Positions 35,982 through 44,950 of a DNA stretch of 64,000 nt are shown one piece after another. The notes under the pieces were generated by a model that ran no database searches, was not told the origin of the DNA, and worked only from the letters and a program-made list of their open reading frames with translations. Source of the DNA: an uncultured Chitinophagaceae bacterium. Lineage in GTDB: Bacteria > Bacteroidota > Ignavibacteria > UBA10030 > UBA8401. The DNA is taken from NCBI GenBank assembly GCA_964439265.1, contig CAYTOA010000002.1, positions 46,589-110,588 of the forward strand, given 5' to 3'. Within the stretch, counting starts at the first letter, position 1, and every line of letters begins with the position of its first letter. The position numbers and the translations under genes were made by a program.

Positions 35982-38900
35982 ATGTCATCGTGCACCATCC
36001 GAAATCTTACATTGTCCTTCGTACTCCTTCTGTTGATGAACAGTCTCTCCGTTGCGGGAACTACCGGAAAAATAGCGGGGAAGGTCACGGAGAAAGAAAC
36101 CGGCGAACCGCTCGTTGGCGCGAATGTCATCGTGAAGGGAACTACTCTTGGGACGGTCACTGATATTAATGGTTATTACTCCATCCTGCTTGTGCCTCCC
36201 GGTGTTCAGACTGTGCTCGTCAGCATGGTCGGTTATTCAAGTGTGACAGTGAACGAAGTTCGAGTTCGCATCGATGAAACTTCACCGGTCGACGTTCAGC
36301 TGGCGCAGGCAGAAATCAAAATGGGTGCCGTGACGATAATTGCAGAACAAAACGTGGTAAGAAAAGACGTCTCGGGGAGCGTCTCCGCAGTGCAGCCCCA
36401 AGAGATTCAAACCCTTCCGGTGACTACGATCAATGATGTTGCGGGACTGCAAGCGGGCGTTGAGAACGGATTGATTGTCAGGGGCGGAGGGGCGAACGAG
36501 CTGCTTCTTCAAGTTGACGGTGCGACGCGTCGCGATCCCAGAAACAACCAACCTATTTCTAATATCGCGTTGACCTCAATTCAGGAAGTCTCTCTCGAAA
36601 AAGGGGGTTTTAATGCCGAGTATGGACAAGTGCGTTCGGGAATAATAAACATCGTAGAAAAAGAAGGGGATGCCGCTCACTATTTTGGTTCCTTCAACGG
36701 CAAATACAGTCCGCCGCAACAGAAATATTTCGGCATCTCCGAATACGATCCGAATTCGATGTGGAACAAGCCATATCTGGATCCGGCGGTCTGCTGGACG
36801 GGAACTCAAAATGGCGCTTGGTCGACATACATGCAAAACCAATATCCGCAGTTTCAAGGCTGGAACGCCGTTTCGCAGTCCCTTCTTCAGCAGGGGATTA
36901 ACTTATCGCCGGCAGCTTGCCAGCGTTTGTATGAGTGGCAGCACAGGCAGGAACCCGACACCAAGTCGCCCGACTATAATCTTGACGGAACTTTTGGCGG
37001 CCCGGTACCAATCATCGGCGAGCAGTTGGGCAATCTTCGATTCCTCACCAGCTTTGTCATGAACAGAACCATGCTGCTTATCCCGCTCAGCCGTCCGGAC
37101 TACGAGGACTATGATTGGTCAATAAAAATGAATTCAGATTTAAACTCAAAAATGAAGTTGACGTTAAACGCATCAACAGGCAAATCCTACAATGTCGCCA
37201 TCAACGCGACGGATAATGGGTTCTATAATCAATCATATCTTACTCAGGCTGCGGGAACCTACCCGTTTTGGAATCCGGCGGACTTTCTCCAAACGCCCGA
37301 TCAGATTGCCGGCGTAACGTACGAAGAGAGATCGAGCAGGGTGTATACTAATTCCTGGTATTCTACCGCCGACGTCACTGACTTCAACGCTTCAGCCAAA
37401 CTTACTGCTACCGTAAGCTCCTCAACGTTTTATGAAATAAGCGTTGAAGATCAACATCGAAGTTATCTTACGGCGCCTATCGCCGCGCGTGACACAGCCC
37501 GGAACTTTGAAATAACTCCCGGAATTTTCGTCGACGAAGCACCATTTGGATACAGTCCGGCCCTTACGGACGGCAACGGTCCACTTGGTTCGGCGATCGG
37601 AGATTTGGGCTTGTTTTTCGGAGGCCACAGTGCCACAGCGCACGATTCGAGCAGTCTTAATACGGTTACGGTTAAGGGAGATTTAACGAGCCAGGTAAAT
37701 CAAGAGAACTTGTTTAAAGCCGGAATTGAATTTTCGACTTTTGCTCTTCATCTGAATTACGGAACGATAAACCCGGTTTTCAGCGACGTAAACTGGGTGG
37801 ACCAGAGTTGGAGTCCCTATCGCATCGCAGCATATGTGCAAGACAAGATAGAAGCGTACGGATTCATAGCAAATCTTGGTTTGAGACTGGATGTAAGCAA
37901 TCCGAACACAAGTTGGGTGGCGGTGGATCCTTTTGATCAGGCCTATTTCTCTAATTCTTACAGCGCCTCAACCAACTATACGAAAACGAGTGTTAAGCCC
38001 GACGTATCCTTAAGTCCCCGTTTGGGTATTTCGCACCCGATCACAGAAACTTCAAAGCTGTATTTCAACTATGGGCACTTCAAAGAAATGCCTGCCTATG
38101 AAGAGCTCTTCAGAGTTGGACGTGCGGCGGCCGGGAGTATGCTCAATTACGGCGATCCCAACTTACCACAGGCGAAAACAGTTTCGTATGAGTTAGGATT
38201 CGATCAATCGTTATTCGATACATATCTGTTCCAGATTGCGGCCTTCTATAATGATATCACGGATCAGCAGGCATTCACGTTTTACACAAGCGATCAGAAA
38301 GGTATTTCCTACTATGCGGCCAACGACAATAGCTACTCTGATATTCGCGGATTGGAGTTGACTCTACGAAGGAATTCAGGCGATTGGGTACGAGGTTTTA
38401 TTAATTATACGTATCAAGTCGTACGGACCGGTCAGTTCGGTCAGGTAGTCATTGCTGACAATCCAGCAAGTCAAATACAATTTGATAGAAGTCAATCGAA
38501 TCCTCTGTATTCGCTGGTTCTGCAAAAACCCGTTCCGCAGCCTCGCGCAAACGCAAGTATTACATTCTTGACGCCGAAAGATTTCGGACCAACGCGTTTT
38601 GGGATTGCCCCTCTTGCTGATTGGAGTCTCAATGTCATAGCATCGTGGAAAGCGGGGCAATGGCTTACCTACGATCCGCAAAACGTTATCGGCATCGCAA
38701 ACAATGTTGAGGTGACAGATTATTACAATATTAACCTTCGCTTGAACAAGACGTTTGTTTTCAAGTCTTTCTCGGTTATGCTGTTCATGGAAACCACGAA
38801 CTTGCTGAATACGGAACACATGTCAGGAGAAAGTTTCTATAATAATCCCGACTATTTGGCGTATATGGCGTCGCTGCATCTGCCTACAAGCCCTGCCTAC

Positions 38901-39212
38901 AATAACACGAATATCCCCGGCAGTGATCGAGTCGGCGATTACATAAAGAACGGCGACAGTTACCAGCCAGTGCTGTTTAGCGGAAACGTTCGTGGGATTA
39001 CCACTGGCATAGACCCAACTGTTATCTATTATGATAAGCCCACAGGCAGGTATATGAACTATGTCGATGGCAATTGGGCGGAGGTAGATCACAGCCGTAT
39101 GCAAAAGATCTTAGATGATAAAGCTTACATTGACATGCCGAACAACAGTTCTTTTGACTTCCTCAATCCAAGACAATACTATTTCGGCATTAATTTCTCG
39201 TTCAATCTCTAA
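35982..39212 (+). CDS. TonB-dependent outer-membrane receptor with an N-terminal carboxypeptidase-regulatory-like domain
   Basis: Signal peptide, then GKIAGKVTEKETGEPLVGANVIVKGTTLGTVTDINGYYSI (CarboxypepD_reg). Plug motifs (VSAVQPQEIQ, GLIVRGGG, VDG). A long beta-barrel ending in an aromatic-rich strand, YYFGINFSFNL. Confidence 0.85.
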   Translation: MSSCTIRNLTLSFVLLLLMNSLSVAGTTGKIAGKVTEKETGEPLVGANVIVKGTTLGTVTDINGYYSILLVPPGVQTVLVSMVGYSSVTVNEVRVRIDETSPVDVQLAQAEIKMGAVTIIAEQNVVRKDVSGSVSAVQPQEIQTLPVTTINDVAGLQAGVENGLIVRGGGANELLLQVDGATRRDPRNNQPISNIALTSIQEVSLEKGGFNAEYGQVRSGIINIVEKEGDAAHYFGSFNGKYSPPQQKYFGISEYDPNSMWNKPYLDPAVCWTGTQNGAWSTYMQNQYPQFQGWNAVSQSLLQQGINLSPAACQRLYEWQHRQEPDTKSPDYNLDGTFGGPVPIIGEQLGNLRFLTSFVMNRTMLLIPLSRPDYEDYDWSIKMNSDLNSKMKLTLNASTGKSYNVAINATDNGFYNQSYLTQAAGTYPFWNPADFLQTPDQIAGVTYEERSSRVYTNSWYSTADVTDFNASAKLTATVSSSTFYEISVEDQHRSYLTAPIAARDTARNFEITPGIFVDEAPFGYSPALTDGNGPLGSAIGDLGLFFGGHSATAHDSSSLNTVTVKGDLTSQVNQENLFKAGIEFSTFALHLNYGTINPVFSDVNWVDQSWSPYRIAAYVQDKIEAYGFIANLGLRLDVSNPNTSWVAVDPFDQAYFSNSYSASTNYTKTSVKPDVSLSPRLGISHPITETSKLYFNYGHFKEMPAYEELFRVGRAAAGSMLNYGDPNLPQAKTVSYELGFDQSLFDTYLFQIAAFYNDITDQQAFTFYTSDQKGISYYAANDNSYSDIRGLELTLRRNSGDWVRGFINYTYQVVRTGQFGQVVIADNPASQIQFDRSQSNPLYSLVLQKPVPQPRANASITFLTPKDFGPTRFGIAPLADWSLNVIASWKAGQWLTYDPQNVIGIANNVEVTDYYNINLRLNKTFVFKSFSVMLFMETTNLLNTEHMSGESFYNNPDYLAYMASLHLPTSPAYNNTNIPGSDRVGDYIKNGDSYQPVLFSGNVRGITTGIDPTVIYYDKPTGRYMNYVDGNWAEVDHSRMQKILDDKAYIDMPNNSSFDFLNPRQYYFGINFSFNL

Positions 39213-39245
39213 ACGAAGAATTCTGATCATGAGAGGTAGTACAGT

Positions 39246-41471
39246 ATGACGACAAAATATCTGCCAAGGGCAATCACGGTGGTCCTGTTATACAGCGTTT
39301 TTGAGCTGATCGGTTTCCAGGAATTGCATGCCCAGGTTTATGGACCTCAAGAAGTCAAATGGTTATGGGTGGGTTCCTTACGGCATTGGTTCTCGAGCGC
39401 TTGTGCTGAAATTGAGTATGGCAGAAGGGGAAGAGGCCTTCATTTGAACACGGACCAGGATGATGGGTTGCGCTGGCCAGCACAGTACCAAAATCAGGAT
39501 CATAGTGTCGGCAAAGCATTATGGATTGGCACGACAAATTTTACAGATCCGACGAATGGGCTGACGTACCCGTACAAGGTAATCTCCCTTGGGCGGTCAA
39601 ACATGTACATCAACTCTGTCGTGTATCCTGAAGAATTTAGACTTGTCGGCCGATTTAATCATCCGACCGTTCTCGTCGATAACGTGATCGCGAATGATCT
39701 CGACGCCAATGATCTTAACTTAGGCGGCGGCGAAGATGAAATCAATCCCAGTCTGCCTGCAGATCGTATGATCTACAACAGGGCAAATACGCCGTTAGGG
39801 ATAACGATATACAGAAAAGTTCTTGCCTTTACGCAACAGTACAACGACAACTATTTCATTTATGAGTACGTCTTTAAGAATACGGGTCTGATAGACAATA
39901 CCGGCGGGCAAATGTCGCCTGCCAGAACACTGACGGGAGTGGTCTTTGATTTTCGGTATCGTCTCGCTGATGATAATGATGGCTACATTGAAGGATGGGG
40001 GTTTCCCTCTGAAAACTACGGGAAGAATACCATAAACGATGCCATCGGTCAGGATGCTGCTCATTCGCTTGCTGCTCCAAACAATTTTCGCGCCAACCTC
40101 GCGTATTACGGACCAAGTTCAGCGTCGACCGGAGTATCGGATGATATCGGCGGACCGGATTTTGTCGATGGTCACGTAATGGGCGGAACGCACTTTATGG
40201 GGGAATTAGTTTTGCATGCTGACAAGTCGGCGAGGGATACATCCGATGATCTTACGCAGCCAACTACGACACAATTCATGGGCTCAGACGGCACGATCGA
40301 AAGCATTGACGCCACCTATCCATTTAATGCCGGCCTGATGACGCAACAGTATCAGTCAATGACTGCCGGTCACCCGGTACATACACACGCTGAACAAGTA
40401 GGAGAAGATGTGAACGGCTGGCCGACGGCCTTTGCCAATACATGGGGAGGAAACACCGGCGGTTATCAAAATCAACAGGGCTTTGGACCGTATACCATTG
40501 CGCCGGGAGACAGTGTCCGAATTGTCATTGCTGAAGCTGTTGCGGGAATTAATCACACGTTCAATCAAGGAGTTGCACGAACCTGGTACGCATGGCATTC
40601 GAACGGAAATAGCGGCACTACGGCACTGCAACTTCCTGCGGGAGCTCCCTGGAACGGGGGCACAACGACGGATGCAAACAGATATAAGAACGCCTGGGTG
40701 TTCTCGGGTAAAGATTCGTTGTTTCAGACGTTTCGAAGGGCGAGAGCGAATTTCGCCGGTGGATATAATATTCCCAACCCGCCGCCTCCCCCGGATAGAT
40801 TTTCAGTGACATCCGGTGGCGACAGAATTACTCTTCAATGGTCTGGTAGCGCAGAATCATCGCCGAATTTCAACGGATACCAGATCTACCGCTCGGTGAC
40901 CAAGACCGATACGACGTTCCAGTTGATCTTCTCTTGTGATAAGAATAACGTTGTGCATTCTTATGACGACAAGACGCCTCAGCGTGGATTCAATTATTAC
41001 TACTATATACAAACCAAGGATAACGGTTCGACAAATAATATTGAACCGGGTGTCCCGCTGGTAAGCAGTATGTTTTACACGATGACGAACACGGGAGCGA
41101 CGCTTTTGCGTCCGGCCGGCAACAGCCTTTCGCAAATACGTGTGGTCCCCAACCCCTATAATATCAGAGCAAGGGGAATTCAATTTGGTTCAGATATTTC
41201 CGTTGCAAATCAACTTGCATTTTTCGGGTTGCCGCCGATGTGCACGATCAGAATATTTACAGAAACGGGCGATTTAATTCAAACAATCAACCATACGGAT
41301 GGAAGCGGTGACCAACGATGGAATTCGTTGACATCTTCCGGCCAGATTATCGTGAGTGGATTGTACATTGCGTACTTCGAGGTTACACAAGATTACACCG
41401 ATCCAAACACCGGGCAGGTGGTTTTTAAGAGCGGCCAAAGTATTTACAGGAAATTTATTGTCATCAGATGA
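39246..41471 (+). CDS. Secreted 741-aa protein of unknown function with an FN3-like domain and a C-terminal beta-sandwich resembling a T9SS/FlgD-Ig sorting domain
   Basis: Signal peptide AITVVLLYSVFELIGFQELHAQ. FN3-like PPPPDRFSVTSGGDRITLQWSG..FNGYQIYRS. C-terminal VVPNPYNIRARG...CTIRIFTETGDLIQTI...GLYIAYFEV. It is 33 nt from the receptor gene. Confidence 0.7.
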   Translation: MTTKYLPRAITVVLLYSVFELIGFQELHAQVYGPQEVKWLWVGSLRHWFSSACAEIEYGRRGRGLHLNTDQDDGLRWPAQYQNQDHSVGKALWIGTTNFTDPTNGLTYPYKVISLGRSNMYINSVVYPEEFRLVGRFNHPTVLVDNVIANDLDANDLNLGGGEDEINPSLPADRMIYNRANTPLGITIYRKVLAFTQQYNDNYFIYEYVFKNTGLIDNTGGQMSPARTLTGVVFDFRYRLADDNDGYIEGWGFPSENYGKNTINDAIGQDAAHSLAAPNNFRANLAYYGPSSASTGVSDDIGGPDFVDGHVMGGTHFMGELVLHADKSARDTSDDLTQPTTTQFMGSDGTIESIDATYPFNAGLMTQQYQSMTAGHPVHTHAEQVGEDVNGWPTAFANTWGGNTGGYQNQQGFGPYTIAPGDSVRIVIAEAVAGINHTFNQGVARTWYAWHSNGNSGTTALQLPAGAPWNGGTTTDANRYKNAWVFSGKDSLFQTFRRARANFAGGYNIPNPPPPPDRFSVTSGGDRITLQWSGSAESSPNFNGYQIYRSVTKTDTTFQLIFSCDKNNVVHSYDDKTPQRGFNYYYYIQTKDNGSTNNIEPGVPLVSSMFYTMTNTGATLLRPAGNSLSQIRVVPNPYNIRARGIQFGSDISVANQLAFFGLPPMCTIRIFTETGDLIQTINHTDGSGDQRWNSLTSSGQIIVSGLYIAYFEVTQDYTDPNTGQVVFKSGQSIYRKFIVIR

Positions 41472-42331
41472 TGCTACTTCATTTGGAGAATGCAATGCAT
41501 AATACGTATCAAAACATGTACTCTTCTGCGTTAAGGTTCATTCTGGCGGGCATATTGTGCTGTGCGGCAATCGGATGCGACAGCGTGCTGCCGGCTAAAT
41601 TCAAAGCGAAGGACATTAATGCTCAGGACATTGATCTGCGGGCAGGCAAGCTGCTTGCGAGCGATACCGTCAATGATGCCCATGGAATTACTGTCGCCTA
41701 TCAATATGGTCCTGTCCTAGACAGCGCAGGTATCCAGAAGCTGGATAGCGCGGGTAATCCCCTCTATCGAAGCGTTCCGGTTACATGGTCTGTGCTTTCT
41801 TCACGGCCACTCGAGAGCTTTTCCGGCGACACAGGCGGCACGGTTAATCAGATCATCCATACGAATTTCCAGTCGTTAGCCGACAGCCTGCCGTCGCTGC
41901 ATTCGGATTCGTTGTTGTCGATAAGTTATGATGTTGCTTACAAAGTCAGTTATGCAGTATTAAGAGTCAGCCAAGCGGAAGATATTTATATCTATACGAG
42001 TTTGTATTACTATCTCGTCGGCAACAACATAAGCAATGCAGGCGATTATGTTTCTGTCGACCTCGTAAGCAAAGATACTTTGGCGTTAAGCTCTTCGCTA
42101 TTAATGCCCCAGGAAAGTGTCTATGGGTCCACGGAAACCATTGCTGACGCCCAGGCCACGTCGATTGTCTCACTTATTGGCGCGCGATATACATTTCATG
42201 TGGACAAGGCCGGCGTTTATCTGGTCCGGTTCACGTTAAGCAATCCGACGGAAATAAGTAATCCCCAGGCTCAGGTTTCCGGGTTTCCGAGCATTGCGGA
42301 CAAATTTAAAGTCGTTATTCTGTCATTTTAG
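41468..42331 (+). CDS. Lipoprotein of unknown function
   Basis: Lipobox in LAGILCCAAIGCDS. Its start overlaps the upstream stop (ATGA). I recognised no family motif. Confidence 0.65.
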   Translation: MMLLHLENAMHNTYQNMYSSALRFILAGILCCAAIGCDSVLPAKFKAKDINAQDIDLRAGKLLASDTVNDAHGITVAYQYGPVLDSAGIQKLDSAGNPLYRSVPVTWSVLSSRPLESFSGDTGGTVNQIIHTNFQSLADSLPSLHSDSLLSISYDVAYKVSYAVLRVSQAEDIYIYTSLYYYLVGNNISNAGDYVSVDLVSKDTLALSSSLLMPQESVYGSTETIADAQATSIVSLIGARYTFHVDKAGVYLVRFTLSNPTEISNPQAQVSGFPSIADKFKVVILSF

Positions 42332-42363
42332 GAAGAGTGTAATTCGAAAAGGAGTACAAGAAA

Positions 42364-43380
42364 GTGAAACGGTTTATAATAACATGCTTAACGGCAATTA
42401 TGATAATCGGATTGCTCACCTCTCCGTCGTATGGTCAGCAGGTAAAGCTTGCGCAGACCGGTTTCAATTTTCTTAGCGTATCTTCTGATGCGACCGCAGG
42501 CGGAATGGGTGACGCTGTGAATTCTTTTTCAGGATATTCAGGAGCGTTAACTCATAACCCGGCTGCGATGGCGGAAATGCCAGGATTGCTGAATCTCAAT
42601 GTCAGCGTTAATGACTGGATTGCAGATATCAAGTATCTGTCTTTTAGCGCGATAGTCTCTCCGTTGTCGGGAGAATACGGCGTGATTGGTTTAAGCATAC
42701 AATCTGTCGACTATGGGGATGTTTTGACGACAATGGTCAGGCCGGATAATTCGGGCTATATTGATACCGGGGTGATGGACCCGGCTGCGTTGGCAGTGGG
42801 TATTGGCTATGCGAAAGCAATTTCTGATCGCTTTAGCGTTGGCGGTCAAGTTCGATTTGCCTATCAATCGTTGGGCAGCAGTGTCGTTCCGGGCGGGAAT
42901 TCTTATGTGACGAAACAAAACGTTGCAAGTGCGGTTACTTTTGATTTCGGTACGGTTTTTAAAACCGGTATCAAGAGCCTGGCGTTTGGGATGTCGATAA
43001 GGAATTTTTCCCAAGACGTAACATATGAAGAAGAGAGTTTTCAGCTTCCCTTGTTATTTACTTTTGGTATTTCTGCAAATCTTCTCGATTTCACCGAATT
43101 TCGCGGCTCAAATCAATCTTTTATTCTCTCCTGTGATGTCGCTCATCCCACCTCTCATCCGGAACAATTGAAGATAGGGGCAGAATATGAATTTATGAAA
43201 GTGATCGCGTTGAGAGGCGGTTACATCACCGGTGACAGCGAAGACGGAATGACATACGGCGTTGGCATTTCTTCCGCCGCTCTCGGTCTAGGGTCAACGG
43301 ACTTCAGGATCGACTATTCCTACACGCCGTTTGGCGTGTTTAATAATGTACAGAGATTTAGTGTATCGTTTTCAATGTAA
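42364..43380 (+). CDS. PorV/PorQ-like outer-membrane beta-barrel protein
   Basis: GTG start after AAGGAG and signal peptide ...SPSYGQQ. GFNFLSVSSDATAGGMGDAVNSFSGYSGALTHNPAAMA resembles the PorV/PorQ N-terminal signature (FL.i...AR..GMG.A..A..d.a.a...NPA.la). Alternating beta-strand pattern with C-terminal ...RFSVSFSM. Confidence 0.65.
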   Translation: MKRFIITCLTAIMIIGLLTSPSYGQQVKLAQTGFNFLSVSSDATAGGMGDAVNSFSGYSGALTHNPAAMAEMPGLLNLNVSVNDWIADIKYLSFSAIVSPLSGEYGVIGLSIQSVDYGDVLTTMVRPDNSGYIDTGVMDPAALAVGIGYAKAISDRFSVGGQVRFAYQSLGSSVVPGGNSYVTKQNVASAVTFDFGTVFKTGIKSLAFGMSIRNFSQDVTYEEESFQLPLLFTFGISANLLDFTEFRGSNQSFILSCDVAHPTSHPEQLKIGAEYEFMKVIALRGGYITGDSEDGMTYGVGISSAALGLGSTDFRIDYSYTPFGVFNNVQRFSVSFSM

Positions 43381-43395
43381 TACCACAGGAATGGA

Positions 43396-44718
43396 ATGAA
43401 TATGAAAATCGCACGATTTATCTTGTTTGTCTTGGTTCCCCCCGTTTGCGCGCTTGTTCTTCTCAGCGCCTGCAATAATTTTGCGACGCCGCCTCGGATT
43501 TGGAATCCTGGCCAATCGTACTTGCCGGGGGCAGTGATTTCTGGAGTGTCGCCGTCAATTTCAGCCATTGCCGGAGTGAGAGAAATCACCGTCGTCGGAA
43601 ACGGCTTTTCGAAAGTTGCCGATTCGAACTGGGTCTGGCTTGGGACACAGCAAGCGATCGTCAAGAGAGTCTCTCTCGGTGCTGCCGCCGATACGCTAGT
43701 TATTTACAGACCGCCCAATAATGGACTGCTTACGCTCAAGGTCGTGGTCCTCGGATCTGATTCTATCGGCACTACTCCCTACGGTTTGGAGTCCCCCGTA
43801 AGCACGTCGGATATCAGCTCGATTCCGGCTACGTACCTCGTCATGGAAGCAGGCAAGAATGACACGATGTTGATCGGCAGTTATGTACAAAGTCCAAAAG
43901 GCTGCTATATCTACAAGTTATCGCCAAATGGGGTCGATATTAACAAGTACTTGGATACTGCCTATCTGAAACCACTAATAAACAAAAAGGCAACAGATTT
44001 CGCACAGGGTTTTGTAGATATGAAATTTGGTCCGGGAGGATTTTTGTACGCCACCTTCGGCACGGCAAGCACCACCGCGAAATCCCTTTACTGTCTCGAA
44101 CCAGACAGCGCGACGCCCGTGGTGTATGCGAAATTTACGGCAGCCAATAACGCCGGATACTTCGATTTTGACGACAACGGAAATTTATATACGGGCAAAA
44201 GCACCGGGCTGTTTTTGGTTAAACGGGGTGCGACGCCGCTCATCGGTGCAGCGCCGGTCGCCGTCGGAGACTATGCGGGCATCACATTTGTCGAGATTCG
44301 CGTGTTCAATAAGTTCGTCTACGCTGCGAGCGCTACCAATGTATGGATGAGCCCGATCAATTCCGACGGGACGGTAGGCAGCAAGCAGCAGCTTGTCAAT
44401 ATTTCGTCCGATACTGCATTTACGGGCGATAAGATCACCTCGATAAACATTGCTGCTGATGGCACGCTGCTCCTTTCCGTGTCGAACAACCCGACGTATT
44501 CACTGTATATTTTACAGAATGGTTCCCTCACGCCTTACTATAAAGATAATATTCTTCCGACAGGAATAGATCAGTTGATCTGGGGGAGCGACAGATATTT
44601 GTATCTGAGCCGGGGTAAAACGGGAGCAGCGACCGCCGTTCGATTCTATAAGATGGGAATAGCAAAAGAAGATAATACACCGCTGCATGGCGCGCCATAT
44701 CTCGGCCGGGGTTTGTGA
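43396..44718 (+). CDS. Lipoprotein with an IPT/TIG-like domain followed by a beta-propeller-like region
   Basis: Lipobox LLSACNN. ISGVSPSISAIAGVREITVVGNGFS...VWLGTQQAIVKRVS is IPT/TIG-like. Later repeats such as GFLYATFG and GNLYTGKSTGLFLV suggest propeller blades. Confidence 0.6.
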   Translation: MNMKIARFILFVLVPPVCALVLLSACNNFATPPRIWNPGQSYLPGAVISGVSPSISAIAGVREITVVGNGFSKVADSNWVWLGTQQAIVKRVSLGAAADTLVIYRPPNNGLLTLKVVVLGSDSIGTTPYGLESPVSTSDISSIPATYLVMEAGKNDTMLIGSYVQSPKGCYIYKLSPNGVDINKYLDTAYLKPLINKKATDFAQGFVDMKFGPGGFLYATFGTASTTAKSLYCLEPDSATPVVYAKFTAANNAGYFDFDDNGNLYTGKSTGLFLVKRGATPLIGAAPVAVGDYAGITFVEIRVFNKFVYAASATNVWMSPINSDGTVGSKQQLVNISSDTAFTGDKITSINIAADGTLLLSVSNNPTYSLYILQNGSLTPYYKDNILPTGIDQLIWGSDRYLYLSRGKTGAATAVRFYKMGIAKEDNTPLHGAPYLGRGL

Positions 44719-44950
44719 TCGTTGCAGTACATCGTGACGAAAACATTTCGCATCTGTTCTAAGAGAAGTAATACGTCTTTTCGTTTGTCAAACACTTGTT
44801 TATTCACCATCAGCGCGCAGGCTCTCGTAATTGCATTTCGGGATGTGTGAAAGAGGAGCCTTGAAATGAAAGGAGGGCGTGGAAAGAAAAGAACTTGAGT
44901 CTCTAACCAACAGTAACTCATCAATAACCACAGCTAAGGAGTGAAATATC

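Noticed and set aside
44819-44836. Sigma54-like sequence aGGCTCtcgtaatTGCAt upstream of the CBM9-like gene
   Set aside because: The GG and GC are separated by 11 nt rather than the strictly required 10, and the -24 element is GGCTC rather than GGCAC.
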